Source of the DNA: an uncultured Clostridia bacterium
GTDB taxonomy: Bacteria; Bacillota; Clostridia; TANB77; CAG-508
Assembly: GCA_944392175.1 (NCBI GenBank)
Contig: CALXVT010000002.1
Span: 27,436-91,435 of the forward strand
DNA: 64,000 nucleotides
Reading direction: 5' to 3'
Under the pieces are notes generated by a model. The model saw only the letters and a program-made list of their open reading frames with translations. It did not search any database and was not told where the DNA came from. Below are positions 47,276 through 58,081 of the stretch, piece by piece. The first letter of the stretch is position 1. Each line of letters starts with the position of its first letter. The translations under genes were made by a program, and so were the position numbers.

Positions 47276-48202
47276 TTAATTTTCATTTTTCTTATTTGGA
47301 AAATCTATAATTTTCTTTTCATCTTTTAAATTTTTTATCATTTCTTCTAATTCTTCTTTTGAAACCATATATTTTTTATTACAAAAATGGCATGTTAATT
47401 CAGCTTGTCCATCTTCTTCTAAAATTTCCATTAATTGTTTTTTTCCTATTGTTGATAATGCATTTTTCATTTTTTCTTTAGAACAGTCACATTCATACAT
47501 TGGATTTATATTTTCTTCAATTATTCTAACATCTTTATCCCCAGTAACCTTCTTTGCTATCTCCATTAATGTTAAACCTTCATCTAACATTCTAGATATT
47601 GCTCCTGCTTCAAAAATATTTTTTTCTAATTTGGCAATATCTTCGTCTGTAGCATCTGGCATTGCTGATACTAAATATCCTCCTGCTGATTTTACACCAT
47701 TTTTATCTACTAATACTCCCAAAGCTACTGCAGATTTTGTTTGTTCTGATTCCGCATAATATCTTGCAAAATCTTCTGCAATTTCTCCTGAAGAAAGTGG
47801 AACTATCCCAATATATGGCTTTTTTAATCCTAAATCTTTTATAACATTTAAGAATCCATCATTTCCAACAGCCATTCCTACATCTAATTTACCAAATTCA
47901 TTAAGTGGTATATCAACATATGGATTATTTACTGTTCCTTTTACTTTCATTTTTCCATTTACTATTGCAACCATTGTTCCTATTGGACCATTACCTTTTA
48001 TTTGTAAAGTAATATTATCTTCTTCATCTTTTAAATCTGAGCCCATAATACTTGCCATAGTAAGTAATCTTCCTAATGCTGCTGTACTTACAGGAGTTAA
48101 GTCATGTATATTTCTTGCTTGTTCGACTAATTCTGTAGTTAATGCACATGTTACAGCAACTCTTCCATTATATGCTAAAAATTTTTTTATTTCGTTTTTC
48201 AT
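47276..48202 (-). CDS. hslO: redox-regulated chaperone Hsp33
   Basis: C-terminal zinc centre CDCSKEKM...CHFCNKKY. ATG 48202 forms an ATGA overlap with the upstream gene's stop. Confidence 0.9.
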   Translation of the reverse strand: MKNEIKKFLAYNGRVAVTCALTTELVEQARNIHDLTPVSTAALGRLLTMASIMGSDLKDEEDNITLQIKGNGPIGTMVAIVNGKMKVKGTVNNPYVDIPLNEFGKLDVGMAVGNDGFLNVIKDLGLKKPYIGIVPLSSGEIAEDFARYYAESEQTKSAVALGVLVDKNGVKSAGGYLVSAMPDATDEDIAKLEKNIFEAGAISRMLDEGLTLMEIAKKVTGDKDVRIIEENINPMYECDCSKEKMKNALSTIGKKQLMEILEEDGQAELTCHFCNKKYMVSKEELEEMIKNLKDEKKIIDFPNKKNEN

Positions 48203-49284
48203 TTTTCTCGTCCTTTCCATGTCTCATCACTTTTTAAAAATACAATAAATTCTTCCAAATCTGGATATGCCATTTTAAACTGCTCTCTAATATTTTTTGT
48301 AACACCCAATGCGGTGGCATATACCATATAATTATCCCATAATTCTACTTCTTCTGCTTTTCTTTCATCTAAAATTGAATAATCTTCTACATACTTCTTA
48401 AATCCAAGCCATTTTTCTTTTTCTTTTCTTCCTTTTTCTGTTAACACGTTATTATATTTTTTCACTCTATCAAATAAAATAATTCCTACCTGTATATCTA
48501 TAACTAATGTTAATATCGTTAATATGTAAGTTATAGGATTCGCTAAACATGCCAAAATTATCATTATTGTTGCTAAAAAAAATATACTCCATAATATTAA
48601 ATAAAAATAATTAGTTTCTCTTTTCTTATAGTTATCTAAATTAAATAAACCTTTTTCTAATATTCTTTTCTTTGATTCTTTAATAAGACTATCTCTTAAG
48701 TTTTTAACTTCTTCTTGGTGTTCTACAATATAATATTTTAAATCTTCTAAAGTTATATAATCTGACTTTGTTGCTTTTTTCAAAAACTGTAGTACATTTT
48801 TTTCATCTTCTAATAAATAAGGTTTCTTACTTAAATCTAATATTCTTATTTTTGTTTTGCAATCATCACTTGTATTTTCTTCTTGAATAATTTCAATCTT
48901 ATTCTTAAGTTTTAAGTCTAATATTGCTGACATAAATACATTTTCTAATTCAATAGAATCAAAATTTTCTTTCACTAACTGTACAACTTCACTTGGTGTT
49001 AAATCATTTTCTTTAATAAGTTCTCTATAATAATCTATATCTCTTTTTACATTTTTCATATTTTCATTTTTTGTTTTTTTCTTAAATTCTTTTATAATTT
49101 TTATTGTAAGAAAAATTATTAATAATATTTCTAATAAAGAAATAATTACAATTGTAGCAATAAATTCAGGATTATATTGCTTCCCATTGATATTTTGTGC
49201 CAATGTATAATTAGGTATTATAAAAATATTTATTATCATTATTATATTAAATAATATTTTTTTCTTAATATTTAACTTCTTCAT
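48199..49284 (-). CDS. DUF2207-like membrane protein
   Basis: Signal/TM spans, two central TM spans, C-terminal LWDNYMVYATALGV motif. Confidence 0.55.
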   Translation of the reverse strand: MKKLNIKKKILFNIIMIINIFIIPNYTLAQNINGKQYNPEFIATIVIISLLEILLIIFLTIKIIKEFKKKTKNENMKNVKRDIDYYRELIKENDLTPSEVVQLVKENFDSIELENVFMSAILDLKLKNKIEIIQEENTSDDCKTKIRILDLSKKPYLLEDEKNVLQFLKKATKSDYITLEDLKYYIVEHQEEVKNLRDSLIKESKKRILEKGLFNLDNYKKRETNYFYLILWSIFFLATIMIILACLANPITYILTILTLVIDIQVGIILFDRVKKYNNVLTEKGRKEKEKWLGFKKYVEDYSILDERKAEEVELWDNYMVYATALGVTKNIREQFKMAYPDLEEFIVFLKSDETWKGREK

Positions 49285-49388
49285 ATCGTTCCCCTTATAA
49301 CATACAATAGCTTTCTTATAAGTTTTCTATACAGATAGAAAATCTGTTGAAGCTTATTTTTATGTTCTTCAACAGATTTATTTTAATT

Positions 49389-49541
49389 CTATTGTTTTTC
49401 AAACATATCTTTTCCTACTCCACAAATTGGGCAAACCCAATCATCTGGTATATCTTCAAATGCTGTCCCTGGAGCTATCCCTGAATCTGGATCTCCTTTT
49501 TCTGGATCATAAACATATCCACAAGCTAAACAAACATACAT
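49389..49541 (-). CDS. rubredoxin (50 aa), unannotated in ORF track
   Basis: Own translation [50 protein letters not shown]. CxxCG and CPxCG motifs. AAAGGAGTG RBS. Confidence 0.9.
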   Translation of the reverse strand: MYVCLACGYVYDPEKGDPDSGIAPGTAFEDIPDDWVCPICGVGKDMFEKQ

Positions 49542-49589
49542 CTTTATCACTCCTTTTTTATTTTTTATATATAAAACCTTTAATTTAGG

Positions 49590-50837
49590 TTAAATATCAT
49601 CTCTTGGCATAAACATATCTTTTCTTTCTCCACATACTGGGCATCTCCAGTCATCTGGTAAATCATAAAATTCTGTATTTGGATCAATTCCAGCAGTTTC
49701 ATTTCCTACCTTTGGATTATATATATATTTACAATTTGAACATTCATATGAACATCCTTCTTCTCCACGTAAATTAGAAAAACTTCTATATCCTAATGCA
49801 ATTACAGCTATAACCATTAATGCAAAAGATATTGCTTTTATTATTCCACTTTCGAATAATATTACTGCAAACATTCCAAATGTAGCACTTATTCCATAAA
49901 GTATATAAACAGATTGTTTATGCGAAAATCCTTTTCTTACCAATCTATGATGTAAATGTCCTTTATCTGCTTTAAATATTGCTTTTATAGATTTACCATT
50001 ATGTAATCTTCTAAGGATCGCATAAATTGTATCAAATATAGGTAGCCCAAGTACTATAACTGGCAGAACAATTACCACAGCAGTGTATGTTCTTGCTACT
50101 CCCAAAATTGAAACAACTGATAATGTAAATCCTAGAAAATTAGAACCTGTATCACCTATAAACGTTTTAGCTGGATTAAAATTAAATGGTAAAAATCCAC
50201 ATAATGCTCCACCTAATGCAGTTATCATAATAATTGCAATTAATGGAGAATTATTAAGTGAAAAGATTATTAAAAGTGAAATACAAGAAATCATTGTTAT
50301 TCCAGATGATAAACCATCTAATCCATCCATTAAATTTATTGCATTAGTTATTCCAACAATCCATAAAATTGTTAAAATAATAGTTATTGCTTCATTTGCA
50401 ACTGCAGAATCAAAAATTGGAATTGTATCTACAATTCTAATTCCTGCCACCACAACTGCAATAGCTGCAAGCACTTGTCCAGTAAGCTTTGTTAACGGTT
50501 TTATTCCTTTTGTATCGTCTATAAAGCAAGTTATACCTAATATTAGTACTCCTACAAAAAAGCCAATTAATTTTACACCATATTGTGGTCTTCCAAATAA
50601 ATTTAGTTTAGACGCATCTTCTATCGACATTGTAATTAATAAATATATACATGAAACTACAAATCCTGCAATTACCGCAATTCCTCCAAGTTTTGGTATT
50701 GATTTGTGATGCATTCTTCTATTATCTTTTGGTACATCTACTGCACCTACTTTTTTTGCTAATTTTATTGAATATGGTGTCATCATAAATGCTGTAATAA
50801 ATGCCAATAAAAACGCTATTGCTATATCTCCCCACAT
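49590..50837 (-). CDS. GT4 polyprenyl-phosphate HexNAc-1-phosphate transferase (WecA/TagO/MraY family) fused to a C-terminal rubredoxin domain
   Basis: 10-11 TM spans with NAINLMDGLDGL and GDTGSNFLGF motifs. The last ~55 aa are YECSNCKYIYNPKVG...LPDDWRCPVCGERKDMF. The ATG at 50837 follows AGAGGTG. Confidence 0.8.
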   Translation of the reverse strand: MWGDIAIAFLLAFITAFMMTPYSIKLAKKVGAVDVPKDNRRMHHKSIPKLGGIAVIAGFVVSCIYLLITMSIEDASKLNLFGRPQYGVKLIGFFVGVLILGITCFIDDTKGIKPLTKLTGQVLAAIAVVVAGIRIVDTIPIFDSAVANEAITIILTILWIVGITNAINLMDGLDGLSSGITMISCISLLIIFSLNNSPLIAIIMITALGGALCGFLPFNFNPAKTFIGDTGSNFLGFTLSVVSILGVARTYTAVVIVLPVIVLGLPIFDTIYAILRRLHNGKSIKAIFKADKGHLHHRLVRKGFSHKQSVYILYGISATFGMFAVILFESGIIKAISFALMVIAVIALGYRSFSNLRGEEGCSYECSNCKYIYNPKVGNETAGIDPNTEFYDLPDDWRCPVCGERKDMFMPRDDI

Positions 50838-50848
50838 TTTTAACACCT

Positions 50849-51295
50849 CTATTTCATATTCTCATTTTCTATTTTAGCTAGCATATCCAATCTTTCTTGA
50901 TATCTTCCACCTTTAAATGGTGTATTTAGCCATTTATTTATAATATCAATACACTCTTCAAGATTCATTGTGTCCCCAGATAATGCAATTACATTAATAT
51001 CATCATCAGCTTTTGCAGCTTCTGCTAATTTTTCATCAGTTACACTTGCTGCTCTAATTCCTTTAAATTTATTTGCAACCATTGTCATTCCATAGCTTGA
51101 TCTGCAAATTAGAATTCCTTTATCGGCTTCATTATTTATTATTGCTTTTGAAACTTTTTCAGCATAAATTGGATAATCTGTTCTTTCTGGCGAAAAAGTT
51201 CCATAATCTTTATATTCTATATTATTTTTATCAAAATATTTTTTTATACCTTCTTTTAATTCATATCCTCCATGGTCTGCGCCTATAGCTATCAT
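50849..51295 (-). CDS. rpiB: ribose-5-phosphate isomerase B
   Basis: MIAIGADHGGYELKE...ICRSSYGMTMVANK. ATG 51295 follows AAGGAGG. The track's extra 47 N-terminal codons have no support. Confidence 0.9.
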   Translation of the reverse strand: MIAIGADHGGYELKEGIKKYFDKNNIEYKDYGTFSPERTDYPIYAEKVSKAIINNEADKGILICRSSYGMTMVANKFKGIRAASVTDEKLAEAAKADDDINVIALSGDTMNLEECIDIINKWLNTPFKGGRYQERLDMLAKIENENMK

Positions 51296-51426
51296 TAAAA
51301 GACCTCCTTTTGTATTCTTTTTTAATATAACACATGATTTTTTATAATACAATAATTTAATATAAAAAGAATTATTTTTAGTTGCTTTAATTATCGAAAT
51401 ACGATATAATTTTTTCGGGTGATGAT

Positions 51427-52680
51427 ATGAATTCAAATTTTAAATATATTTTAGTTGTTGTTATTTTAGTATTACTTTTAGTAATTTGTGTATTTTCATT
51501 TTCAACATTAAATACTGAAACAAATAATATAGTTTTAAATACCACTATTAGTAATGAAGCTTCCAATATTATTGGAAATGAAATCAAATTACCTGATAGA
51601 ATTATTTATAAAAATAATAATAATAAATATTTTGAATTTAATAAAGATTCAAATGATTATAATAATTTAATAAACATCTTGAATATATGTATTATTTCAT
51701 ATACTGACAGTGGGAAAGCTCTAACTTTAAATGAGATAAATTCTTTACGTGACAAATCATTTCTAGAATTTGACTATAATACTGTAAGTAAAAATTTTCT
51801 ACTTTCATTTGATAATAATACTTTAATCAGATTGTTTACAAGTAGTGGACAGATATGTTCATCTAACTTACAAAATATTGATTATTTAAAAAACACTTTA
51901 GATATATTAACAGAAAATAAATCATCATCTGATTTTAATTATAAAATTTTTCCTTTGGTAAATTCTATATCTACTAATACTATAGAATCAGATAGTGAAT
52001 TGAATAAAATACAAGAAAATATATATCAAATTAAAATTTCTGATTATGAAACTTACGAAAAATTTAAAAATAAATATAATTTAAATGTTCCTAGCATTTC
52101 TTCTACCTCTTTTGAAAACAATATTGTAATTTTAACAATAAGCAATTTTAGAGACATTGATATAGAAGTAAATATTGGCAATATCAGATACACTTATTCT
52201 GGAAGTACTAATACATATACACCGAATGTTTTACTTGTAAGTAAAATTGTAAATTATAATTGTATTTATAATACAGATTTAACAATTCCTACTTCTGAAG
52301 AACGTGCTGAATATCATGATGAACAGGTAAATAATCTTGATAAAAATATTTTTGCAACAAATTTTACACAATTTTATAAAGAATATGCTTCCTCTTCAGC
52401 CCAAATATCAAAAAGCGAAGCACAAAAAATTGCGGATATTGGTTTTTCTGAAGCTGAACGAATTGTTGGAAAATATCAAAAAAGTTCTGAAACCTATGCC
52501 TTGCGAGATGTTCATCCTAACAACTTATTTTTTAGAAAATATTCTGAATATGATTTTTCTGACCCAACTACAATAACTGCCCATTGCTTTAGCAGAGAAG
52601 ATGAACTTGGCAATGGAATTACAATATATGTTGATAATAAATTAGGTAAAATTATAGGTGGAAATGCTTTTGGTGATTAA
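51427..52680 (+). CDS. membrane-anchored hypothetical protein with PepSY-like C-terminus
   Basis: N-terminal TM span, Asn/Ser-rich body. The C-terminus ISKSEAQKIADIGFSEAE...ITIYVDNKLGKIIGG resembles PepSY. Confidence 0.45.
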   Translation: MNSNFKYILVVVILVLLLVICVFSFSTLNTETNNIVLNTTISNEASNIIGNEIKLPDRIIYKNNNNKYFEFNKDSNDYNNLINILNICIISYTDSGKALTLNEINSLRDKSFLEFDYNTVSKNFLLSFDNNTLIRLFTSSGQICSSNLQNIDYLKNTLDILTENKSSSDFNYKIFPLVNSISTNTIESDSELNKIQENIYQIKISDYETYEKFKNKYNLNVPSISSTSFENNIVILTISNFRDIDIEVNIGNIRYTYSGSTNTYTPNVLLVSKIVNYNCIYNTDLTIPTSEERAEYHDEQVNNLDKNIFATNFTQFYKEYASSSAQISKSEAQKIADIGFSEAERIVGKYQKSSETYALRDVHPNNLFFRKYSEYDFSDPTTITAHCFSREDELGNGITIYVDNKLGKIIGGNAFGD

Positions 52681-52832
52681 TGTATTAAATTTGCCCCATT
52701 CTAGTAGATTTTTTGATAAAACACTTGCTAAATTTGGCATTTCATGGTAGAATATTAAGCGCGTACATTAAGACAAAGATAAATCTTATGTCTTTAGTAT
52801 AAATACATTAAATCACAAGGAGGTGTTTTTGA

Positions 52833-53099
52833 ATGCCAAATATCAAATCAGCTAAAAAAAGAGTTGAAGTTATCAAAAAGAAAACTATGAGAAATAACAG
52901 TATTAAATCTGGATATAGAACAGCTGTTAAAAAAGTAGAAGCTGCTATAGAAGCTAATAATATAGAAGAAGCTACAAAATTATTTTCTTTTGCTACAAAA
53001 AAATTAGATCAAGCTTGTGCAAAAGGTGTTATTGTTAAAAACACAGCAGCTAGAAAAAAATCTCAATTAGCAAAAAAATTAAATGCAGCAAAGGCTTAA
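52833..53099 (+). CDS. rpsT: 30S ribosomal protein S20
   Basis: [26 protein letters not shown]... Preceded by promoter TTGCTA-17-TAGAAT and GGAGG. Terminator at about 53140-53168. Confidence 0.95.
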   Translation: MPNIKSAKKRVEVIKKKTMRNNSIKSGYRTAVKKVEAAIEANNIEEATKLFSFATKKLDQACAKGVIVKNTAARKKSQLAKKLNAAKA

Positions 53100-53226
53100 T
53101 TGCCAATAATAATAAAAATTATGCATAGTTTTTATTTAAGACCCTATTTACATAGGCGTCTTTTTTTGTACAAAAAAATAAATGAACAAAAAAGTTTTTT
53201 CTTTAATGTTCATTTATTTTACATTT

Positions 53227-53484
53227 TTATTTATTTTCTTCTATTAAATATTTTTCCAATGCTTTAGATAATTGATCAGGGCATGAAGTTCCTTTATAAC
53301 CACATTGTATTCCTTTCAATTTTTCAATAACATCTTCTAGTTTCATACCAACAACAAGTTTTGATATACCTTTTGTATTTCCATCACATCCACCTACTAT
53401 TTGCAAAGATTTTATAATTCCATCTTCTATATCAAAAATCATCTCTCTTGAACAAACTCCTTGTGGTTTATATCTATATTCCAT
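53227..53484 (-). CDS. TSCPD-domain protein (TIGR03905-like, 85 aa)
   Basis: GGCDGNTKGISKLVVGM...GIQCGYKGTSCPDQL signature. Confidence 0.75.
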   Translation of the reverse strand: MEYRYKPQGVCSREMIFDIEDGIIKSLQIVGGCDGNTKGISKLVVGMKLEDVIEKLKGIQCGYKGTSCPDQLSKALEKYLIEENK

Positions 53485-53598
53485 AATTATACCTCCTCAC
53501 TTATCTATTATATTTTATCAAATCTTCATCTTTTTTCAATCTATATTGGCAATTATTTCATTTGTTTTGCCTGTTACATTATGTTATCCTATATTTAG

Positions 53599-53841
53599 GT
53601 GATACATATGAATTTAAAAATAGATTCTCATACACAAAAAATAATGAGATATGGAATTATATTTTCATTTCTAGTTTTATTAAGTTCAATACTAGTAATA
53701 TTATATTATAATACTTTTTATCCACATCCATATTTATACAGCATAGGTGTATTATTATTTCAAGCTGGAACTACATATCTATTTTCATTTATATTTTGTG
53801 GATTTGCTTTTACAAAAATCAAACAAGATTTAGGTCAATAA
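53599..53841 (+). CDS. small membrane protein (80 aa, 2 TM)
   Basis: Two hydrophobic spans. Followed by the bidirectional terminator aacggtag/ctaccgtt at about 53851-53880. Confidence 0.4.
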   Translation: MIHMNLKIDSHTQKIMRYGIIFSFLVLLSSILVILYYNTFYPHPYLYSIGVLLFQAGTTYLFSFIFCGFAFTKIKQDLGQ

Positions 53842-53883
53842 TGATTATAAAACGGTAGCTTTTGGACTACCGTTTATTTTTTA

Positions 53884-55326
53884 TTATTTACTTAATTCTT
53901 CTTTTAACATTTTATTTAGCATTTGTGGATTTGCTTTTCCTTTAGTAGCTTTCATTGCTTGTCCGACTAAAAATCCTATTGCTCTTTCTTTTCCAGCTTT
54001 ATAATCTGCTACAGAATTTGGATTTTCTTCTAAAACTTTAAGTACAACTTCTTTTATTGCACCTTCATCAGAAATTTGAATCCATCCTTTTTCTTTTATA
54101 ATTTCTTCTGGTTCTTTTGGATTTTCAAATAATTCTTCTATTACTTTTTTACCAATACTTGAACTTATAGTTCCTTTATCTATCAATTCTACTAGATGAC
54201 CTAAATGCTCTGCTGTAAATGGTATTTGATCTGCCTCTAGCTCTTTTTCATTTAAAATTCTAGAAATATCAGAAATTATCCAGTTGTTAACTGCTTTTCT
54301 ATTTCCACATACTTCACTTGCTTCTTCAAATAAATCTGATAAATATTTTGAGCTTGTTATAATATTAGCATCTTTTTCAGATAAATTGTATTCATTAATA
54401 TATCTTTCTTTTCTGCTTTCTGGAAGTTCTGGTAAAGTATTTTTTAGATTTTCTATATATTCTTCTGATAAATTAATTGCTACTAAATCAGGATCTGGGA
54501 AATATCTATAGTCTTGTGCATCTTCTTTATCTCTCATAGGAAATGTTTTTCCAGATACTTCATCCCATCTTAAAGATTCCTGTTCTACTTTTCCTCCCTC
54601 TTCTAATACATCAATTTGTCTTGTAACTTCATAATCAATAGCTCTTGTAATTGATTTAAAAGAGTTCATATTTTTCATTTCTGTTCTTGTTCCAAGTTTT
54701 GTATCTCCTACTTTTCTTACAGATACGTTTACATCGGCTCTTAAAGAACCTTCTTCCATTTTACAGTCTGAAACTTCTATATATTGTAGTATTGATTTTA
54801 ATTTCTTTAAATATCTATCAGCTTCTCCACTAGAACGCAAGTCTGGCTCTGATACTATTTCGATTAGAGGAACACCTGCTCTATTTAAATCAACTAAGCT
54901 TCCACCTGTATATTCATCATGATTTAATTTTCCTGCATCTTCTTCTATATGTATTCTTAAAAGTCTTACTTTCTTTTTATTTCCTTCATCATCTTCTATT
55001 TCTATATATCCATGATTACATAAAGGTTTATCATATTGAGATATTTGATATGCTTTTGGTAAATCTGGATAAAAATAATTTTTTCTATCATTCTTACTAT
55101 TTCTTTCTATCTCACAATTTGTTGCAAGACCTGCTTTTACTGCATACTCTACAACTTTTTCATTTAGTACAGGAAGTGTTCCTGGCATTCCCATACAAAT
55201 TGGACATGTATGTGTATTTGGTTCAGCACCAAATGTTGTAGGACATGAACAAAAGATTTTTGTTTTTGTTGAAAGCTCTGCATGAACTTCAAGTCCTATT
55301 ATTACTTCATAACCATCTCTTACCAT
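53884..55326 (-). CDS. gatB: Asp/Glu-tRNA amidotransferase subunit B
   Basis: YEVIIGLEVHAELSTKTKIFCSC...CPICMGMPGTLPVLN. 480 aa. Confidence 0.95.
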   Translation of the reverse strand: MVRDGYEVIIGLEVHAELSTKTKIFCSCPTTFGAEPNTHTCPICMGMPGTLPVLNEKVVEYAVKAGLATNCEIERNSKNDRKNYFYPDLPKAYQISQYDKPLCNHGYIEIEDDEGNKKKVRLLRIHIEEDAGKLNHDEYTGGSLVDLNRAGVPLIEIVSEPDLRSSGEADRYLKKLKSILQYIEVSDCKMEEGSLRADVNVSVRKVGDTKLGTRTEMKNMNSFKSITRAIDYEVTRQIDVLEEGGKVEQESLRWDEVSGKTFPMRDKEDAQDYRYFPDPDLVAINLSEEYIENLKNTLPELPESRKERYINEYNLSEKDANIITSSKYLSDLFEEASEVCGNRKAVNNWIISDISRILNEKELEADQIPFTAEHLGHLVELIDKGTISSSIGKKVIEELFENPKEPEEIIKEKGWIQISDEGAIKEVVLKVLEENPNSVADYKAGKERAIGFLVGQAMKATKGKANPQMLNKMLKEELSK

Positions 55327-55341
55327 TCCTTTTCCTCCTTA

Positions 55342-56811
55342 CTATTTCTTAAATTCTGGTTTATATTGTTCTCTAAATTTTATTTTTTGTTCAAAAGTAT
55401 ATGCAGCATTTAGTAATGTTTCTTCTGCAAATCTATTTCCTATTAATTGCATTCCAACTGGCATTCCTTCTTTATCTACACCACAAGGAATAGATATTCC
55501 TGGAAGTCCTGCAATATTTACAGATACTGTGCAAATATCTGCTAAATACATTGCAAGGGGATCATTTATTTTTGAACCAATATCAAATGCTACTGTTGGT
55601 GATGTTGGTGTTAAAATAACATCATAATTATCTAAAACTTTTTTGAACTCATTCATTACTAATGTACGAACTTGTTGTGCTTTTTTGTAATATGCATCAT
55701 AATATCCTGAACTTAATACATATGTTCCTAATATTATTCTTCTTTTTACTTCTGGTCCAAATCCTTCAGTTCTTGAATTTGTAATTAATTCTTTTACATT
55801 ACTATATTCTTTTGCTCTATGACCATATCTAACTCCATCAAATCTACCTAAATTTGAACTAGCTTCAGCACAGGCAATTATATAGTATGAAGCTAATGCG
55901 TATTCTGCTATATCTAAAGATACTTCTTTGACTTCTGCTCCAAGTTCTTTATATGTTTCAATAGCTTTTTCTAAATTTTCTTTAACTTCTGTATTTATTC
56001 CCTCTCCGAAAAATTCTTTTGGAACTGCAATTTTTAGTCCTTTAACATCATTTTTTAGAGCTTGAACATAATCTATTTTTGGTCTTTCTACAGATGTTGT
56101 ATCCATATTATCTTTTCCAGCAATTATATTTAAAAGCATTGCAGAATCTGTTACATCTTTTGTTATTGGGCCTACTTGGTCTAGTGATGATGCAAATGCT
56201 ACAACACCATATCTTGATACTAATCCATACGTAGGTTTTAAACCAACTACACCACAAAAAGCTGCAGGCTCTCTTATAGAACCACCTGTATCTGTTCCTA
56301 AAGCCCAAGGAACCATTCCTGCTGCTACTGCTGCAGCTGAACCACCAGAAGATCCACCAGGTACTTTATTTAAATTCCATGGATTTCTTGTAACATGGAA
56401 ATATGAATGTTCTGTTGAACCTCCCATTGCAAATTCATCCATATTTAATTTTCCTAAATTTATAAGTTCTTCATTATTTATTTTTTCCATAACTGTTGCA
56501 TCATATGGTGCAATAAAATCTTCAAGCATTTTTGAAGAACATGTTGTTTTTACACCTTTTGTACAAATATTATCTTTTATTCCTATTGGAATACCTGATA
56601 ATGTTGATTTTGCTTCTCCGCTCTCGATTTTTTTATCCATTTCTTTTGCTTTTTCTAGTGCATCATCTTCTAAAGTTGTAACAAAAGCTTGTACATCTTT
56701 TTCTTTTTCTGCCATTCTATCTGTATATGCTTTTGTAATTTCATAACTTGTAAGCTCTTTTTTCTCTAGCTTTTCTTTAAGCTCATGTACTGTTAATTCT
56801 GTAATATTCAT
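55342..56811 (-). CDS. gatA: Asp/Glu-tRNA amidotransferase subunit A
   Basis: Amidase signature [14 protein letters not shown]. 489 aa. Confidence 0.95.
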   Translation of the reverse strand: MNITELTVHELKEKLEKKELTSYEITKAYTDRMAEKEKDVQAFVTTLEDDALEKAKEMDKKIESGEAKSTLSGIPIGIKDNICTKGVKTTCSSKMLEDFIAPYDATVMEKINNEELINLGKLNMDEFAMGGSTEHSYFHVTRNPWNLNKVPGGSSGGSAAAVAAGMVPWALGTDTGGSIREPAAFCGVVGLKPTYGLVSRYGVVAFASSLDQVGPITKDVTDSAMLLNIIAGKDNMDTTSVERPKIDYVQALKNDVKGLKIAVPKEFFGEGINTEVKENLEKAIETYKELGAEVKEVSLDIAEYALASYYIIACAEASSNLGRFDGVRYGHRAKEYSNVKELITNSRTEGFGPEVKRRIILGTYVLSSGYYDAYYKKAQQVRTLVMNEFKKVLDNYDVILTPTSPTVAFDIGSKINDPLAMYLADICTVSVNIAGLPGISIPCGVDKEGMPVGMQLIGNRFAEETLLNAAYTFEQKIKFREQYKPEFKK

Positions 56812-56820
56812 ATTTGCCTC

Positions 56821-57393
56821 CTATCCGCATATTTCCTTTTCTATTTCATCCCAAGAAAATACTCTCTTTATTTTTTCATCATTAAAATTTTTGTTGTTAC
56901 GTGCATTCATCATTAATGCTTTTATATTTAATTTAGCAGCTTCCATACAATTTCTAAAATTATCATCAATAAAAATATCTAAATTATTTTCTTGCATAAT
57001 TTCTTTTTTATTTAAATGTCCCATATAAATTTTATTATAATTAATATTATTTTTATTTAGCCAATTTAAAGTTGCATCTCTAATCGCACCTTCATTTGCT
57101 CTTGCAGTAATAATTATTATGTTATTATTTTTATATAATTTATTTATTACTTTATCTGCATCTGGTTTTAAAATTGTATTTTGGCATGTCAAAATATAAT
57201 AATCTTCCCAGAACTTAGCATCTTCTTCGTTTGTCCAACTATAAAAATGCTTTGCCCACATAGGATCTGTAACTTCTATATCATTTATTTTAAATTCTCT
57301 TTTTAATACTTTTTCTGTATATTCTTTAGCATATTTATCTATTGTCGCAAAAGTATTTGCTATTGTATCATCTATATCTATTCCTATATTCAT
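56821..57393 (-). CDS. HAD-superfamily 5'(3')-deoxyribonucleotidase-like protein (NT5C/YorS-like)
   Basis: N-terminal DxDxT motif IGIDIDDTI, later ITAR and FIDDN motifs. 190 aa. Confidence 0.6.
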   Translation of the reverse strand: MNIGIDIDDTIANTFATIDKYAKEYTEKVLKREFKINDIEVTDPMWAKHFYSWTNEEDAKFWEDYYILTCQNTILKPDADKVINKLYKNNNIIIITARANEGAIRDATLNWLNKNNINYNKIYMGHLNKKEIMQENNLDIFIDDNFRNCMEAAKLNIKALMMNARNNKNFNDEKIKRVFSWDEIEKEICG

Positions 57394-57402
57394 GATTCAC
57401 CT

Positions 57403-57699
57403 TTAATTTATAACTTTTGGTATTTTAAACATATTTTGTTCTTTTTCTGGTGCATTTTGAAGTAATGCATCTAAATTACCAAATTCTTTTACCTCATCTT
57501 TTCTGAATACATTTTTATTTTCGTATGCTCCTATTGTAATATCTAAATTACTTACGTCTGCATTATTTATTACATCTGCAAAATTTAAAATTTCTTGTAA
57601 ATTTTCTAAATATTTTTCTGTTTCCTCTTCTTTAAGATTTAAATCTGCTAATTTTGCAATGTGTAATAATTCTTCTTTACTTACTTTGTTTTCGCTCAT
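57403..57699 (-). CDS. gatC: Asp/Glu-tRNA amidotransferase subunit C
   Basis: 98 aa. VSKEELLHIAKLADLNLKEEE...FRKDEV pattern. First gene of the gat operon. Confidence 0.9.
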   Translation of the reverse strand: MSENKVSKEELLHIAKLADLNLKEEETEKYLENLQEILNFADVINNADVSNLDITIGAYENKNVFRKDEVKEFGNLDALLQNAPEKEQNMFKIPKVIN

Positions 57700-57788
57700 A
57701 AACTCATCTCCTCGCGTTTTATATGTTTTTTATTATATATACATTTATTTCTAAAAGTCAAGTTTACCATAATATTTTAGAATAAATA

Positions 57789-57817
57789 TTGACAAATTCA
57801 CAAATACTATGTAAAAT
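57789..57817 (+). promoter_or_regulatory. sigma-A promoter of the aspS leader
   Basis: TTGACA (57789-94), 17-nt spacer, TAAAAT (57812-17). Confidence 0.65.
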
Positions 57818-57823
57818 ATTTTA

Positions 57824-58081
57824 TAGTGATTTTGAAATAATCCTGAAATCACTATTTAATTATCGAACAATGACGAGCTTTTGCAAGTTACTAATAGAGA
57901 GTAAGGGCCTAGAGGCTGGAAGCCCTTTTAGAAAAACGCAATTGAATAACACATTGTTTTTTGTTTACGAATTTAATAAATTGAGTGGAAAACTATTTTA
58001 AACCAAGTTTTCAATATAGGGTGGCACCGCGGAAAGTTATTTCGTCCCTATCATATAAGAATATATGATAGGGCTTTTTTG
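57824..58081 (+). promoter_or_regulatory. T-box riboswitch leader controlling aspS
   Basis: Stem I base caatg/cattg with a UGACGAG K-turn-like motif. AGAGAG bulge and GGCUGGAA distal loop. T-box core GGGTGGCACCGCG at 58019-58031. Terminator ccctatcatata/tatatgataggg followed by T6 (58045-58081). Confidence 0.85.

Noticed and set aside
57789-58001. 70-aa ORF between gatC and aspS
   Set aside because: It coincides with the T-box leader RNA (stem I through the T-box core), which explains the sequence better. It has no RBS.
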